From: Bradymonadia bacterium
GTDB lineage: Bacteria; Myxococcota_A; Bradymonadia; UBA7976; UBA1532
NCBI GenBank assembly: GCA_046290225.1
Contig: JBKAGE010000048.1
Span: 25,304-89,303, forward strand
Direction of reading: 5' to 3'
DNA: 64,000 nt
A model generated the notes under the pieces. The model saw nothing but the letters and a program-made list of their open reading frames with translations, searched no databases and was not told where the DNA came from. Position 1 is the stretch's first letter. Every line of letters begins with the position of its first letter. Both the position numbers and the translations under genes were made by a program. Below are positions 30,303 to 40,990 of the stretch, one piece after another.

Positions 30303-30484
30303 GCATATGGTGCGGTGACGTCCGACGCATGCACGAAGAGCCATGCTCAAAAAACGCACGTCGTGTGAATAAACCGCCCTGAAAACCGAACATGTCACCT
30401 GCAAATGGCGGGGTGTCGCGCTCACTTGACACTTTCCCTGCTTCAACGCTGAAAAATCCCTACACATGCGTCTCCGAGGGAAGT

Positions 30485-30500
30485 TGGCACGGTCGCTGCT
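30485..30500 (+). promoter_or_regulatory. Putative sigma54 promoter
   Basis: TGGCAC-N5-CTGCT (-24/-12) 46 bp upstream of ATG 30547. Confidence 0.6.
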
Positions 30501-30546
30501 CTAGTGTCTGAGTGTCTGACCGAACCCAAACCAAGGAGACGATGCG

Positions 30547-30924
30547 ATGTCCTTCAACACTTTCATCATCAAGAGCCTCTTCGCCCTCACCTTCGCTTTC
30601 GGCGCCACCGCCGCCGTCAGCGTCGCCGCCCCCAGCGAGGCTGAAGCGGCTCCCCGCCATCAGGTAAAAGCCCGGGCCAAAGTGAAGGCCCGCCAGCACA
30701 ACCAGAAACGTCGAGTGAAGAAGGGCGTGCGCAAGGGCCAAATCACCAAGGGGGAGGCCCGGGCCCTCAAGGCGGAGCAGCGGCACATCCGCCGGAGCAA
30801 GCGGCGCATGCTCAAAGACGACGGCCGGCTCGATCGGCAGGAGCGTCAGGCGCTGAACCGGAAGCAGAACCGGGCCAGCCGTCACGTGCACCGCGCCCGC
30901 CACAATCAGCGAACCGCCAACTGA
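30547..30924 (+). CDS. Small, highly basic secreted helical protein
   Basis: AAGGAG RBS, signal peptide, GVRKGQITKGEA...DGRLD..ER..L pattern. Confidence 0.75.
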   Translation: MSFNTFIIKSLFALTFAFGATAAVSVAAPSEAEAAPRHQVKARAKVKARQHNQKRRVKKGVRKGQITKGEARALKAEQRHIRRSKRRMLKDDGRLDRQERQALNRKQNRASRHVHRARHNQRTAN

Positions 30925-33360
30925 TCAGTCCACGGTGAGCTTCATCAGGAAGATCTCGCCGTCAGGACCATTCCCCTCGTTCCCCTCAAGCGTGTCGAGG
31001 GGCATCGCGCCGGTGCCCTCTACGCCTTCCGTGCCCTCCAGCGGCGCTCCGCTCAGATCGAAGATCCCGTTGAACGACGGCACCATGTTGAAGTTGCGGT
31101 CCTGAGCGGCGGCCTCATCGGCGTTCACCAGCCCGCGGTTGCCCTCCGGCATGTTGAGGGTGGCCTCGGGGATCAACTCGAAGCCGAAAGTGCACGCATC
31201 ACCAGGGCCACAGTCCGCCGCACAGGCAGCGTCGCCATCAGGGCAGTAAGTGCTCCAATCGAAGGGGCGATCATCCTCGGCGTCGCCGGGCTTGCGCGTG
31301 GCGTCGTACCAGTACCCGTGATACCGGAAGTGGTTGTTGGGGTTGGTGTAGGCCTGTCCGGCGACGAGCAGCTCACCCTCGGGGCCCACAGCCACGCCCT
31401 TTACACGGTGCTCGCCCATCTCCTCGGCGCCCTTACCGGTGTAATAGAAGGTGGCCCAAGTCAGCTCGCCGGTGTCTTTGTTCGCACGGACCAGCAAACC
31501 GTCGCCGAACTGCGCGTCGTACTCGCTCACCCCCACGCGGCCGCCGATGTAGAGCTGATCTCCCACGACCTGCACCACGTGGGTGTTGTCCTTGTCGCCT
31601 GCACCCGTGGGATGGAAGCTACGTCCCCAGCGGAAGTTGCCGTCGCGATCCACCTGCATGACGCTGAATGACGTGTTGGCCCCACGGCGGTCGAGCGACA
31701 AATAGGCGTTGCCTGCGTCATCCACATCGATGTGGTTGATGTTGCTGCCCACGCCCATATTCACCCGGCGAGCCCACCGCAGCGAGGGGCGGTTTTCGCG
31801 AATGCCCGTGACGTACATCAGCAAGCCACGGCCGTTGGTCAGCCCGCCGATGAAGGCCCCATCACGGCCATCAGCCTTGATGGCGTAGCCGCGATCGTTG
31901 CTGCCGGCGGCCACCTCGATGTTTCGCTGGAACTTCACAGAACCATCCTGGGGGTCGAGGCCGAGGAACAACACCTTGGCGTTGTCTTCGTCCACACCGG
32001 TCACCAGCACGTGGTCTTCAGTGACGTCGACCCCATAGGCTTCGTTGCCGTCCCGGGCGATGCGGGGCCCCGAGGTGTTGCCCCAGGTCTTCTGCCACAG
32101 CACCTCCCCGGTCTCGCCGTCGAGCTTGATGACCAGACTCCAGAACAGGCTGTTGCTGCTCGTGGCGCTGTGGCTGCCCACTACGTACACATCACCAGCG
32201 CCGTCGATGGCGATCGAACCTGCGCCGCCACCAGTCTCGGCGTTCTGCCCTGGATCACGGCTGTAGTCCTGGAACTTGCCGCTCCAGGCCTTGAGCCACG
32301 CGAGTCGGCCACTGGCGTCGACTTTGCCCACCACGATGTCGTGGGCGAAGTTGTTGATCACCTGGGTGACGTTGGCGGTGAAGATCAGATTGCCTTCGGC
32401 ATCAGCCACCATGCCGCCCATCAACTCGTCGGTGTCCATGCCACCCAGAGCCATCTCCCACTGACTCTGCCCATGGGAGAACATGGTGGTGGCCCGAGGG
32501 CGGGCCCGGCCCGATGCGGTGAATCGGTAGGTCTCACCGTCATCGTAGGTGATCACCACGTCGGCCTGTCGCGGCGCCTGACACACACCCTCGAGGCAAT
32601 ACTCACCGCGGTACCGGATCGGTGGGCAGTCCATGTCGTCGGCGAAGCAGCCGCAGTCTCGGTCCTCCTGGCAGGCATACTCTTCACCTTCAAAGGGCGG
32701 CAGGTCACCACCCACCGAGTAGAAGCACAGGTCGAAGTCCACCGATTCGCCTGGGGCGATGGTGGCCCCAGCGATGATCTGCTCGTCGTTGTCGTTGAGG
32801 CAGTTCCGGATCGTGAACTCCTCGGGCTGAATGCCTTCGGGGTACTCGATGTGGATGTCATCGATGTTGACTGGCGCGTCGCTCTCGTTGGCTACGGTGT
32901 AGATGTCACCATAGAACGAGAAGAGCGGGGTCCGGGCGTTCCCGGCGTTCATGGGATGGAAGTAGCCACCACCGCTGTCGACGTCAGTGCCGCCCACCCG
33001 CACCTGAATCGGATGTGATGCTGTGGGGCCACCACCGCCGGCGCCACCCTCGTCGCCACCAGCGCCGCCTTCACCTCCACGACCTCCACCGCCTTCACCG
33101 CCCATTTCTCCGCCGGCGCCGCCCTCTGGCAGACCGCCCATGGGCTCGCCGCCAGCACCACCTTCCAACTCACCGCCCATGCCTCCTTCGGGGGCGCCAC
33201 CCATCCCCATGTCGTGAGCCGCGCTGCCTGCTGCGCCATCCTCAGGGCATGGCCCGCCGTCACAGCTGTCGCTGCTGGTGTCACACGCGCTGAGGCTCAC
33301 GGCGAGCGCTGCAGACAGGGTCAAACTGGCAAGACGACGGCGGCTCCATTGAGATGCCAT
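30925..33360 (-). CDS. Large lipoprotein with a Gly-rich linker and beta-propeller-like repeats
   Basis: GGAGGAG RBS before ATG 33360, lipobox LSAC, GGAGG linker, repeated D..GN.Y..G blades. Confidence 0.8.
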   Translation of the reverse strand: MASQWSRRRLASLTLSAALAVSLSACDTSSDSCDGGPCPEDGAAGSAAHDMGMGGAPEGGMGGELEGGAGGEPMGGLPEGGAGGEMGGEGGGGRGGEGGAGGDEGGAGGGGPTASHPIQVRVGGTDVDSGGGYFHPMNAGNARTPLFSFYGDIYTVANESDAPVNIDDIHIEYPEGIQPEEFTIRNCLNDNDEQIIAGATIAPGESVDFDLCFYSVGGDLPPFEGEEYACQEDRDCGCFADDMDCPPIRYRGEYCLEGVCQAPRQADVVITYDDGETYRFTASGRARPRATTMFSHGQSQWEMALGGMDTDELMGGMVADAEGNLIFTANVTQVINNFAHDIVVGKVDASGRLAWLKAWSGKFQDYSRDPGQNAETGGGAGSIAIDGAGDVYVVGSHSATSSNSLFWSLVIKLDGETGEVLWQKTWGNTSGPRIARDGNEAYGVDVTEDHVLVTGVDEDNAKVLFLGLDPQDGSVKFQRNIEVAAGSNDRGYAIKADGRDGAFIGGLTNGRGLLMYVTGIRENRPSLRWARRVNMGVGSNINHIDVDDAGNAYLSLDRRGANTSFSVMQVDRDGNFRWGRSFHPTGAGDKDNTHVVQVVGDQLYIGGRVGVSEYDAQFGDGLLVRANKDTGELTWATFYYTGKGAEEMGEHRVKGVAVGPEGELLVAGQAYTNPNNHFRYHGYWYDATRKPGDAEDDRPFDWSTYCPDGDAACAADCGPGDACTFGFELIPEATLNMPEGNRGLVNADEAAAQDRNFNMVPSFNGIFDLSGAPLEGTEGVEGTGAMPLDTLEGNEGNGPDGEIFLMKLTVD

Positions 33361-33481
33361 GGATACACTCCTCCACTGAGTTGGGATCATGCGGAGCTGC
33401 ACATGCGGCTCCGGTGCTCAGCAGGGGGTTACAGGGAGAGTGGGAGATTCTTTTGGGTGAGGCGAAAAAATGCGCGAGTGA

Positions 33482-34867
33482 TCAGTGAACGATGCCGTAC
33501 ACATCCTCGAGCGTGTGCCATCTGAGACCCTTGATGTCGGTCTCCGGTCGATTGCGAGTGAAGGCTCTCAATCCCACAGAGGCATTGTGCGGGTTTGGAT
33601 AGAGCTTACGCTTGCGTTGAAGCTCGGCGAGTAGAGCAGGTGCCGAAGATACTGTGCCCCATTTGCACTCACCGAGATCGACCCAGTCATCTGCCCTCAC
33701 ACTCACCACATCGATCTGGACCTGAGCGTTCCAGAACTCTCCGATCTCGAAGGTCGTCGAGACGCCCTCTTGAGCATAGAGCGCAGGCAGGGCTAGACGG
33801 CACATCCGTTCGAAGCACAGGCCAAAGTGACCGGGCAGGTGAGGCTTGATGGCATGGTCGAACAAGGCTGATGGGCCTTGCTGAGCAAGGGCGCTCTGAT
33901 GTGGAAACACAAAACGGAACCAGAACTTCAACAATGGATCGTCGAGGGTATAGCGGACTCGGCGTCCCCGTCCTGCGCCTGGTGAGAGAGGTTGGCGCCG
34001 GCGTACATAACCCAGTCCTTCGAGCTGTTGCAGATAGTAGGGCAGGCTGCGTTCGGGCAGAGCTGTGGCTCTGGCAAGCGTCGAGACTGATGCGGAGCTC
34101 CGAGCAAGCGCCATCAAAATGGCGTGATAGTTTCGGACCTCTCTCAATTCTTCCCGCAAGAGAAACTCAGGCTCCCGGTAGAGAGGTGCAAACTCATCGA
34201 GCAGCTGCGACCTGATGTTCATCTCTACAGAGCATTGGTCGTCGAACGTCTTCAGATATTGAGGGACACCACCACAGATGAAGTGCGTGCGAGCTGCGTC
34301 AGCGAGGCTGTAGTTGGGGTGAAATGCCCGTGCTTCGCGGTGCCCAAAGGGCTGAAGGTGGATCTGTGCTGTGCGCCGACCGAAGAGTGGGCTCTCCTGA
34401 CCGAGCACTTCACGCTCCATGAAGCCGATGAATGACCCGCAGAGCATGATCAGGGTGGGTTGATGGCGCCAATGCTGATCCCAGAGTCCTTGTAAGACCG
34501 AGGGCAACTCCGGGCTGGCCTCAACAGTCCACTGAAACTCGTCAAATGCAAGGAGCAATGGGCGACCAGCAGGCCAGCGCTGAGTGAGTGTCAGCAAGCA
34601 CGTATGCCAGTCACTCGCGTCGATGTGTGCGAGGAGGGGTTCGTCAGCAGCAATGGCGGCGTTTTGAAGGAAGGCTCTGCGTTGCAACTCGGCAGGTGCT
34701 TTTTGCCCGAGGTGATAGACCCCAAGGTGTTCGCTGAGCAGTTTGATGATCAGCGCGCTCTTACCGACACGTCGACGACCATAAATGGGGATGAGATCAC
34801 CAGATGTGCTGGTGGCTGCGCGACGCAGCAAAGACAACTCACGCTCTCGGCCAATGAAAGGATCCAT
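33482..34867 (-). CDS. Archaeal-type AAA ATPase with wHTH and C-terminal PD-(D/E)xK (DUF234-like) domain
   Basis: FIGREREL, Walker A GRRRVGKS, Walker B AFDEFQ, LFGRRT, GGVP.Y, FWFRFV and QIDVV...GECKW motifs. Confidence 0.92.
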   Translation of the reverse strand: MDPFIGRERELSLLRRAATSTSGDLIPIYGRRRVGKSALIIKLLSEHLGVYHLGQKAPAELQRRAFLQNAAIAADEPLLAHIDASDWHTCLLTLTQRWPAGRPLLLAFDEFQWTVEASPELPSVLQGLWDQHWRHQPTLIMLCGSFIGFMEREVLGQESPLFGRRTAQIHLQPFGHREARAFHPNYSLADAARTHFICGGVPQYLKTFDDQCSVEMNIRSQLLDEFAPLYREPEFLLREELREVRNYHAILMALARSSASVSTLARATALPERSLPYYLQQLEGLGYVRRRQPLSPGAGRGRRVRYTLDDPLLKFWFRFVFPHQSALAQQGPSALFDHAIKPHLPGHFGLCFERMCRLALPALYAQEGVSTTFEIGEFWNAQVQIDVVSVRADDWVDLGECKWGTVSSAPALLAELQRKRKLYPNPHNASVGLRAFTRNRPETDIKGLRWHTLEDVYGIVH

Positions 34868-34896
34868 ACGTTGAGGTTAGGGTGGCCCCTCCTCGT

Positions 34897-34961
34897 TTAC
34901 AAGTCGTGACTCGACAAGTCGTGACTCGACAAGTCGTGACTCGACAAGTCGTGACTTGTAA
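34897..34961. repeat. Tandem 15-bp quasi-palindromic repeat (ACAAGTCGTGACTCG)x3 plus ACAAGTCGTGACTTGTAA over the ATPase promoter
   Basis: Units start at 34899, 34914, 34929 and 34944; minus-strand TTGTAA-N17-TAACCT-N6-ATG. Confidence 0.85.
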
Positions 34962-34966
34962 TCCTC

Positions 34967-36502
<1,536 letters not shown>

Positions 36503-36589
36503 GATGGGCCTCCGCAAGGCTGCAGGTGGGTCAAGACGCTCAGAGTGTAACAAGCTTTGTGGGGCACGCGCCTGAAATCTACCAGCAGG

Positions 36590-37867
36590 TCAGTCGTCGT
36601 CTCGGGACATCAGGTGGTGGTGAAAATCTCGGGCTTCTTCGGTGGGGAAGTACGCCTCGGGTCTGCGTGTCAGATGATAGCGCCGAAAGGCTGCCGTGAA
36701 GTCCGCAGGATCAGCATCGAACCACGCCTCGAAGTGACCCGAGCCCCGCATCAGTCGGCCGAACCGCAGGTGGGCGACGAGCAGAGATGCCACCTTGATG
36801 CCATCGTGCTGGGCAGGCACGGGCAGGGGCCCAGGTACATCCTCGGGCCAGAGCGCGAGGAGCTTCGATGTGGGGTCCGTGGCGCAGAGCCCATGGAGCA
36901 TGGCCTGTTCGAAACGCGCCCAGCGTGCGGCATCTACAGAGGGGAGTGTGGAGGCGGCTTGAGGGTGGCGGGGCGTGGTTGCGGTGCCATGGGTGTCGAT
37001 GACTGAGCGGGCCCGAGCCATTTCTTCATAGAGCACGGGCACATCAACAGGCGTCACCGTGCCTTCCATGCGCTCGAGGTTCACCAGCTGCAGGTGCGGG
37101 CATCTGGGCAGCACCCACTCCAGCAGATCCCAGACTGGCTCGGGGATGGCGTCGCTGTGGGCATCGAGGCGTACAGTGCGACCCTCGGGCAGCCAGCCCG
37201 GCGGGCTCTCGGCGCCACCAGAGATGTGGATCTCGATGACCTGCCTCAGGTCGAGCTGATCGAGCCAGGCTCGCGGGTCGAAGCCCAAGTTGAGGCCCAT
37301 CGTGTAGACGTTGTGCAGGTCGAGCAACAGATGGCCGCCGGCGAGATCGAGTGTGCGGCGCAGGTGAGCAGGCTCATCGAGTGGATCCCCGAGAGTGAAG
37401 CAGGTCACCGTGTTCTCAACCCCCACCTCGGGCACCACCTGTCGTAGCCGTTGCAATCGGTGCGCGACGACAACGCTGGCGTCTGTGATGGGGGGCAAAG
37501 GCATGGGCTGGGCGAGGTTCTGGCCCAGTGGGGCGCTCAAGCCATGATGATCGGTGTACCAGCGAAAATCGAACTGATGATGTGTCCGGGCGATGGCGTC
37601 GAGCCAGCGATCGAAGCGGGCGCCATCTTCAGTGCTCGCGCTTCCAACAGACAAACCCACACCATGAGCCACACAGGGCTTGCCGGTGCGCTGTTGTAGT
37701 TCGGCGAAGCGTTGGAAGAAGCCGTTTGGGTGCAGAGTGCCGTCCTCGTCAGCGTACCAGAGGGTCTCTGGCGCCACCTCGTACACGTCAGGTACGTGCT
37801 CGATGAGATCGGCGAGCAGATCGAGAAAGCCCTCGTCGGGCTGCAGGGTGAATCCGAGGGCGATCAC
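36590..37867 (-). CDS. DUF692 / multinuclear non-heme iron oxidative enzyme (MNIO) with a fused C-terminal helical domain
   Basis: EVAPE, HGVGLSVGS, TDH, VEN, LLDLHNVY, EIHISGG, DAH and LER iron-ligand motifs; GTG overlaps the upstream stop. Confidence 0.9.
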   Translation of the reverse strand: MIALGFTLQPDEGFLDLLADLIEHVPDVYEVAPETLWYADEDGTLHPNGFFQRFAELQQRTGKPCVAHGVGLSVGSASTEDGARFDRWLDAIARTHHQFDFRWYTDHHGLSAPLGQNLAQPMPLPPITDASVVVAHRLQRLRQVVPEVGVENTVTCFTLGDPLDEPAHLRRTLDLAGGHLLLDLHNVYTMGLNLGFDPRAWLDQLDLRQVIEIHISGGAESPPGWLPEGRTVRLDAHSDAIPEPVWDLLEWVLPRCPHLQLVNLERMEGTVTPVDVPVLYEEMARARSVIDTHGTATTPRHPQAASTLPSVDAARWARFEQAMLHGLCATDPTSKLLALWPEDVPGPLPVPAQHDGIKVASLLVAHLRFGRLMRGSGHFEAWFDADPADFTAAFRRYHLTRRPEAYFPTEEARDFHHHLMSRDDD

Positions 37868-38814
37868 CACTTGTCGTCCAGAGCATAGAAGTTCAAGAAG
37901 CGCCGACCTGCATCCGGTACGTAGCCCAGGCCGCACATCTGGCCTTGTTGGTATTCAACGACAGGATCTGGATGCTCGACGTGCTCACCACAGTGGGTAC
38001 GCACTGCCCACAGGGCAGAGCGGACGGGGATTTTGTGATCTCGGGTGCGGCGATACACCAGCTCGGCGAGGGCGATTTTGAGAGACATCCAGTGAGGGGC
38101 TTCACGGGCTGTCACAGCCTGATAGACCAGAGCTGCCCCTGCTTCGATCTGTTCAGCGCCCAGCGTCTCGCCCGCAGAGAGAGCAGCGCGAATCATCTCG
38201 GCCTCCTCACCGAGCGCTACAGTGGCTTGTGCCACATAGACGTCGAGCCGATCAGGCAGCTGAAGCGTGGCCAGCATCTGGCGTCCGGTGAAGTTGAGTT
38301 GAGCGCCATAGACTTGGGGCAACAATTTGGATGCCCGTGGCCTCGGATCCGGATCAGCGTCGTCGAAGAGTCGACGCAGCTCGCTGGGGGTCCCGAGCTC
38401 GAGGGCGTCCACCATGCCGTACGCTCGCATTGTGTCGGTGTCTACGCGCACCAGCAGTGGATCCTCGACTTTAAAATCAGGAAACACCTGCTGCAGGGTG
38501 TGTCTACGGGCAGCGATGATGTCGCACAGCGCCAACGGGGCGATCAGGTCAGGCCCGGCGTGCATGAAAAACTCACCCCACACTCGACCCCGATCGTAGC
38601 CCACACCATAGCGATCATCGGGCACCACCAGAATGAGAGCAGGGCGCCCTGCGGTGCGGGCAGAGGCGAGCACCTCACGCAGGCGCGTGAGATCATCAGG
38701 CTCGTAGTTCAAGAGATCGAAGATCGAGGCGCGCAGCGTCCGTGGGGTGGCGGTGACGAGGCCTGCGGCGAAGCCCATCAGGCCCTTGAGGGTGGTGCGC
38801 CGGTCGACCTTCAT
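37864..38814 (-). CDS. Tat-exported protein, paralog A (candidate MNIO substrate)
   Basis: MKVDRRTTLKGL twin-arginine signal; C-terminus HCGEHVEHP...MCGLGYVPDAGRRFLNFYALDDKW. Confidence 0.8.
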   Translation of the reverse strand: MKVDRRTTLKGLMGFAAGLVTATPRTLRASIFDLLNYEPDDLTRLREVLASARTAGRPALILVVPDDRYGVGYDRGRVWGEFFMHAGPDLIAPLALCDIIAARRHTLQQVFPDFKVEDPLLVRVDTDTMRAYGMVDALELGTPSELRRLFDDADPDPRPRASKLLPQVYGAQLNFTGRQMLATLQLPDRLDVYVAQATVALGEEAEMIRAALSAGETLGAEQIEAGAALVYQAVTAREAPHWMSLKIALAELVYRRTRDHKIPVRSALWAVRTHCGEHVEHPDPVVEYQQGQMCGLGYVPDAGRRFLNFYALDDKW

Positions 38815-38852
38815 CACACACCTCCCTGGTGCCTGTGCCGTCTATATCCGGG

Positions 38853-39854
38853 CTACCACTCGTCTTTGCTCACGTAGAAGTGCAAAAAACGGGACGTCTT
38901 CGCCGGCACATGGCCCATGCCACAGCCCACCGCCACCATACGGCGGCCGAACTTCACCTCGCCATCTTCAGGCTCGGGCTCGGGCGGATACTCGATGCGG
39001 GTGCCACAGCCCCCGGAGTTGGCCCACAGCACCCCTGCTGGGGTGTGGAAGTCCTTCATGCGGGCGTGCACCACGGGGGCGAGCATGGCCCCAGCGAAGT
39101 CGATGGTGGCGGTCTTCGAGACGTGGTGCACATGGTGCAGCACCACCGCGGCGCCTGCGGTGGCGAGATCGAGGGGCACTGTCTGCCCATCGTCGAGGTA
39201 CTGCTTCAGGGTGCTGCGCTGAAGGGGCGTCATGGCCGCCTGAGCCTGCTCGGCATACCCGGCCATGCGCTCGGTGTGCACTCCGAGCAGGTCGCTGAAT
39301 TGCTCGGCGATGACCGCGATGCGGCTCTCGACGAGCTCGGACTCCTTCTGTGATCGCTCTTCCCACGTCAGCTTCGCCGTCTCCGGCGTCGCCATGCGCG
39401 GGTTGTACGTGTCGGGGAGCTTGGCCATGGGCCCGTCGAGGCGGTGCACCGTAGCGGGCACCTCGTGGGTGTCCACCACCACCGCCATGGCCTCTTTGCT
39501 GCCCACCTGAGGCACCACGGCCTTGAGGGTTTTGTGCTTCACCGCCACGATCTCGGCCATGGCCAGGGGGGCGAGGTGGTGTGGCCGCCCGTGGTTGAAG
39601 AACGAGCCCCAGGCGCGGCCACGGGTGTAGCCCTCGGTGTAGTCGTCCTCGGGGATCACCAGCACCAGCAGTGGGCGTCCGGCCTTGCTCGCCCGCTTGT
39701 AGGCGCCCATGAGCACAGCGCGCTCCTCATCGGCTGTGCAGCAGTCGTCATCGGCCTTGGGCCCTGCAAGAGCGGTCTGCACCCAGCCCGGCGCCACGGC
39801 GAGGCCTGCGACGAAACCAGTGAGCCCCAGGAACTTGCGTCGATCCGCACGCAT
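38853..39854 (-). CDS. Tat-exported protein, paralog B (candidate MNIO substrate)
   Basis: MRADRRKFLGL twin-arginine signal; C-terminus GCGTRIEYP...GCGMGHVPAKTSRFLHFYVSKDEW; TGATG overlap with the upstream gene. Confidence 0.8.
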   Translation of the reverse strand: MRADRRKFLGLTGFVAGLAVAPGWVQTALAGPKADDDCCTADEERAVLMGAYKRASKAGRPLLVLVIPEDDYTEGYTRGRAWGSFFNHGRPHHLAPLAMAEIVAVKHKTLKAVVPQVGSKEAMAVVVDTHEVPATVHRLDGPMAKLPDTYNPRMATPETAKLTWEERSQKESELVESRIAVIAEQFSDLLGVHTERMAGYAEQAQAAMTPLQRSTLKQYLDDGQTVPLDLATAGAAVVLHHVHHVSKTATIDFAGAMLAPVVHARMKDFHTPAGVLWANSGGCGTRIEYPPEPEPEDGEVKFGRRMVAVGCGMGHVPAKTSRFLHFYVSKDEW

Positions 39855-40846
39855 CACTCCACCTCCATCATCATGGGAAACGGTTGCTCGGGCGACACGA
39901 TGGCCGGACGCCCCTCGTGCAAGCCCACCTGGGCTACACTCACCCAATCATCGGCACCAGTGAGGACCAGCCGGCCTTCGTCGTCGCGGTCGTACGCACC
40001 GCGGATCACCGTCTGGTTGCCCTTGGCCTTCTTGCACAACGAGAAACGCCCCGCGGCGTCGAGGATGAGCCGGCTGCCATGCGCATCGACATACTCACCC
40101 ACCCAGTCCACCGGACGGATATGTGTACCCTCCACAGGCGTGATCTCGGTGGGACGGGCTCTCCCTACCAGCCCGAGGCCCATCGCGCCACTGCCTGTGC
40201 GGCCGTCGATGTTGGGATCACCAGAGAGGTTGCCCAGCGTGGTGGGCGCGTCGAACACCGAGCCACCTTGCTGATCGTAGAAGGCGGCCAGCTCGTCTTT
40301 GGAGCTGAACTCGACCTGTGCGGGGCGGGGGCCGGTGTGCACCACCACGCGGCCTGGGCCACCAGCGTACAGCACCGGTGAGATGCCACGCAGATTGTCC
40401 GGAGCCTGCACCATGGCCGAGAGATATGTGGCCTCAGGGGCGTCGACGGCCCATCGACCGTTCACCTGCGTGGCCTCGCCACCGATTTGGTCAGCCAACG
40501 ACTTCGCCGCCCCCTGGCCCCCATTTACCCAGAGACGGTCTGTGGCGCCGAGGATGGTTGGGCGAGCGTCGGCGCCTTGCAGCCACAGGACCTGCTGAGG
40601 CTCGAGCTGAAGCAACTGCCGTACTCCAGGGCCCACGAGCCAGACCTCTTCATCTGCATAGGCTGCGTAAGGCAGCGGGCCCTCGTAGCGCTCGCCGGCA
40701 GTCTCCACGGCATAACCTGCAGATCGGGCCTCTTCATCGAGGAGCACGAAGCCCGTGCCCTCGGGGTCTGGAGCATCGCACGAGAGCATGCACAGGCTCG
40801 CGAAGGCCCAGGCTGCGGGCCGCGCGATGGCAGAGCGAATCTTCAT
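39854..40846 (-). CDS. Hypothetical lipoprotein, first gene of the MNIO operon
   Basis: GGAGG RBS, lipobox-like MLSC, translational coupling to paralog B. Confidence 0.75.
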   Translation of the reverse strand: MKIRSAIARPAAWAFASLCMLSCDAPDPEGTGFVLLDEEARSAGYAVETAGERYEGPLPYAAYADEEVWLVGPGVRQLLQLEPQQVLWLQGADARPTILGATDRLWVNGGQGAAKSLADQIGGEATQVNGRWAVDAPEATYLSAMVQAPDNLRGISPVLYAGGPGRVVVHTGPRPAQVEFSSKDELAAFYDQQGGSVFDAPTTLGNLSGDPNIDGRTGSGAMGLGLVGRARPTEITPVEGTHIRPVDWVGEYVDAHGSRLILDAAGRFSLCKKAKGNQTVIRGAYDRDDEGRLVLTGADDWVSVAQVGLHEGRPAIVSPEQPFPMMMEVE

Positions 40847-40990
40847 GGGGGCGCCTCCGGTGGGGTGTGTGGTGGTCTACGGCCACACGACGAAAACGAT
40901 CTCTCTCCACAACGGTGTTTGCTCCGACAACATAGATCGAGGGAAAGTTCCCGAAGAATGCCCTTTGAGGGACGAGATTGGAGGAGTGCC

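Noticed and set aside
34897..34961. Possible CRISPR array
   Set aside because: The 15-bp units are contiguous with no spacers, and there are no cas genes
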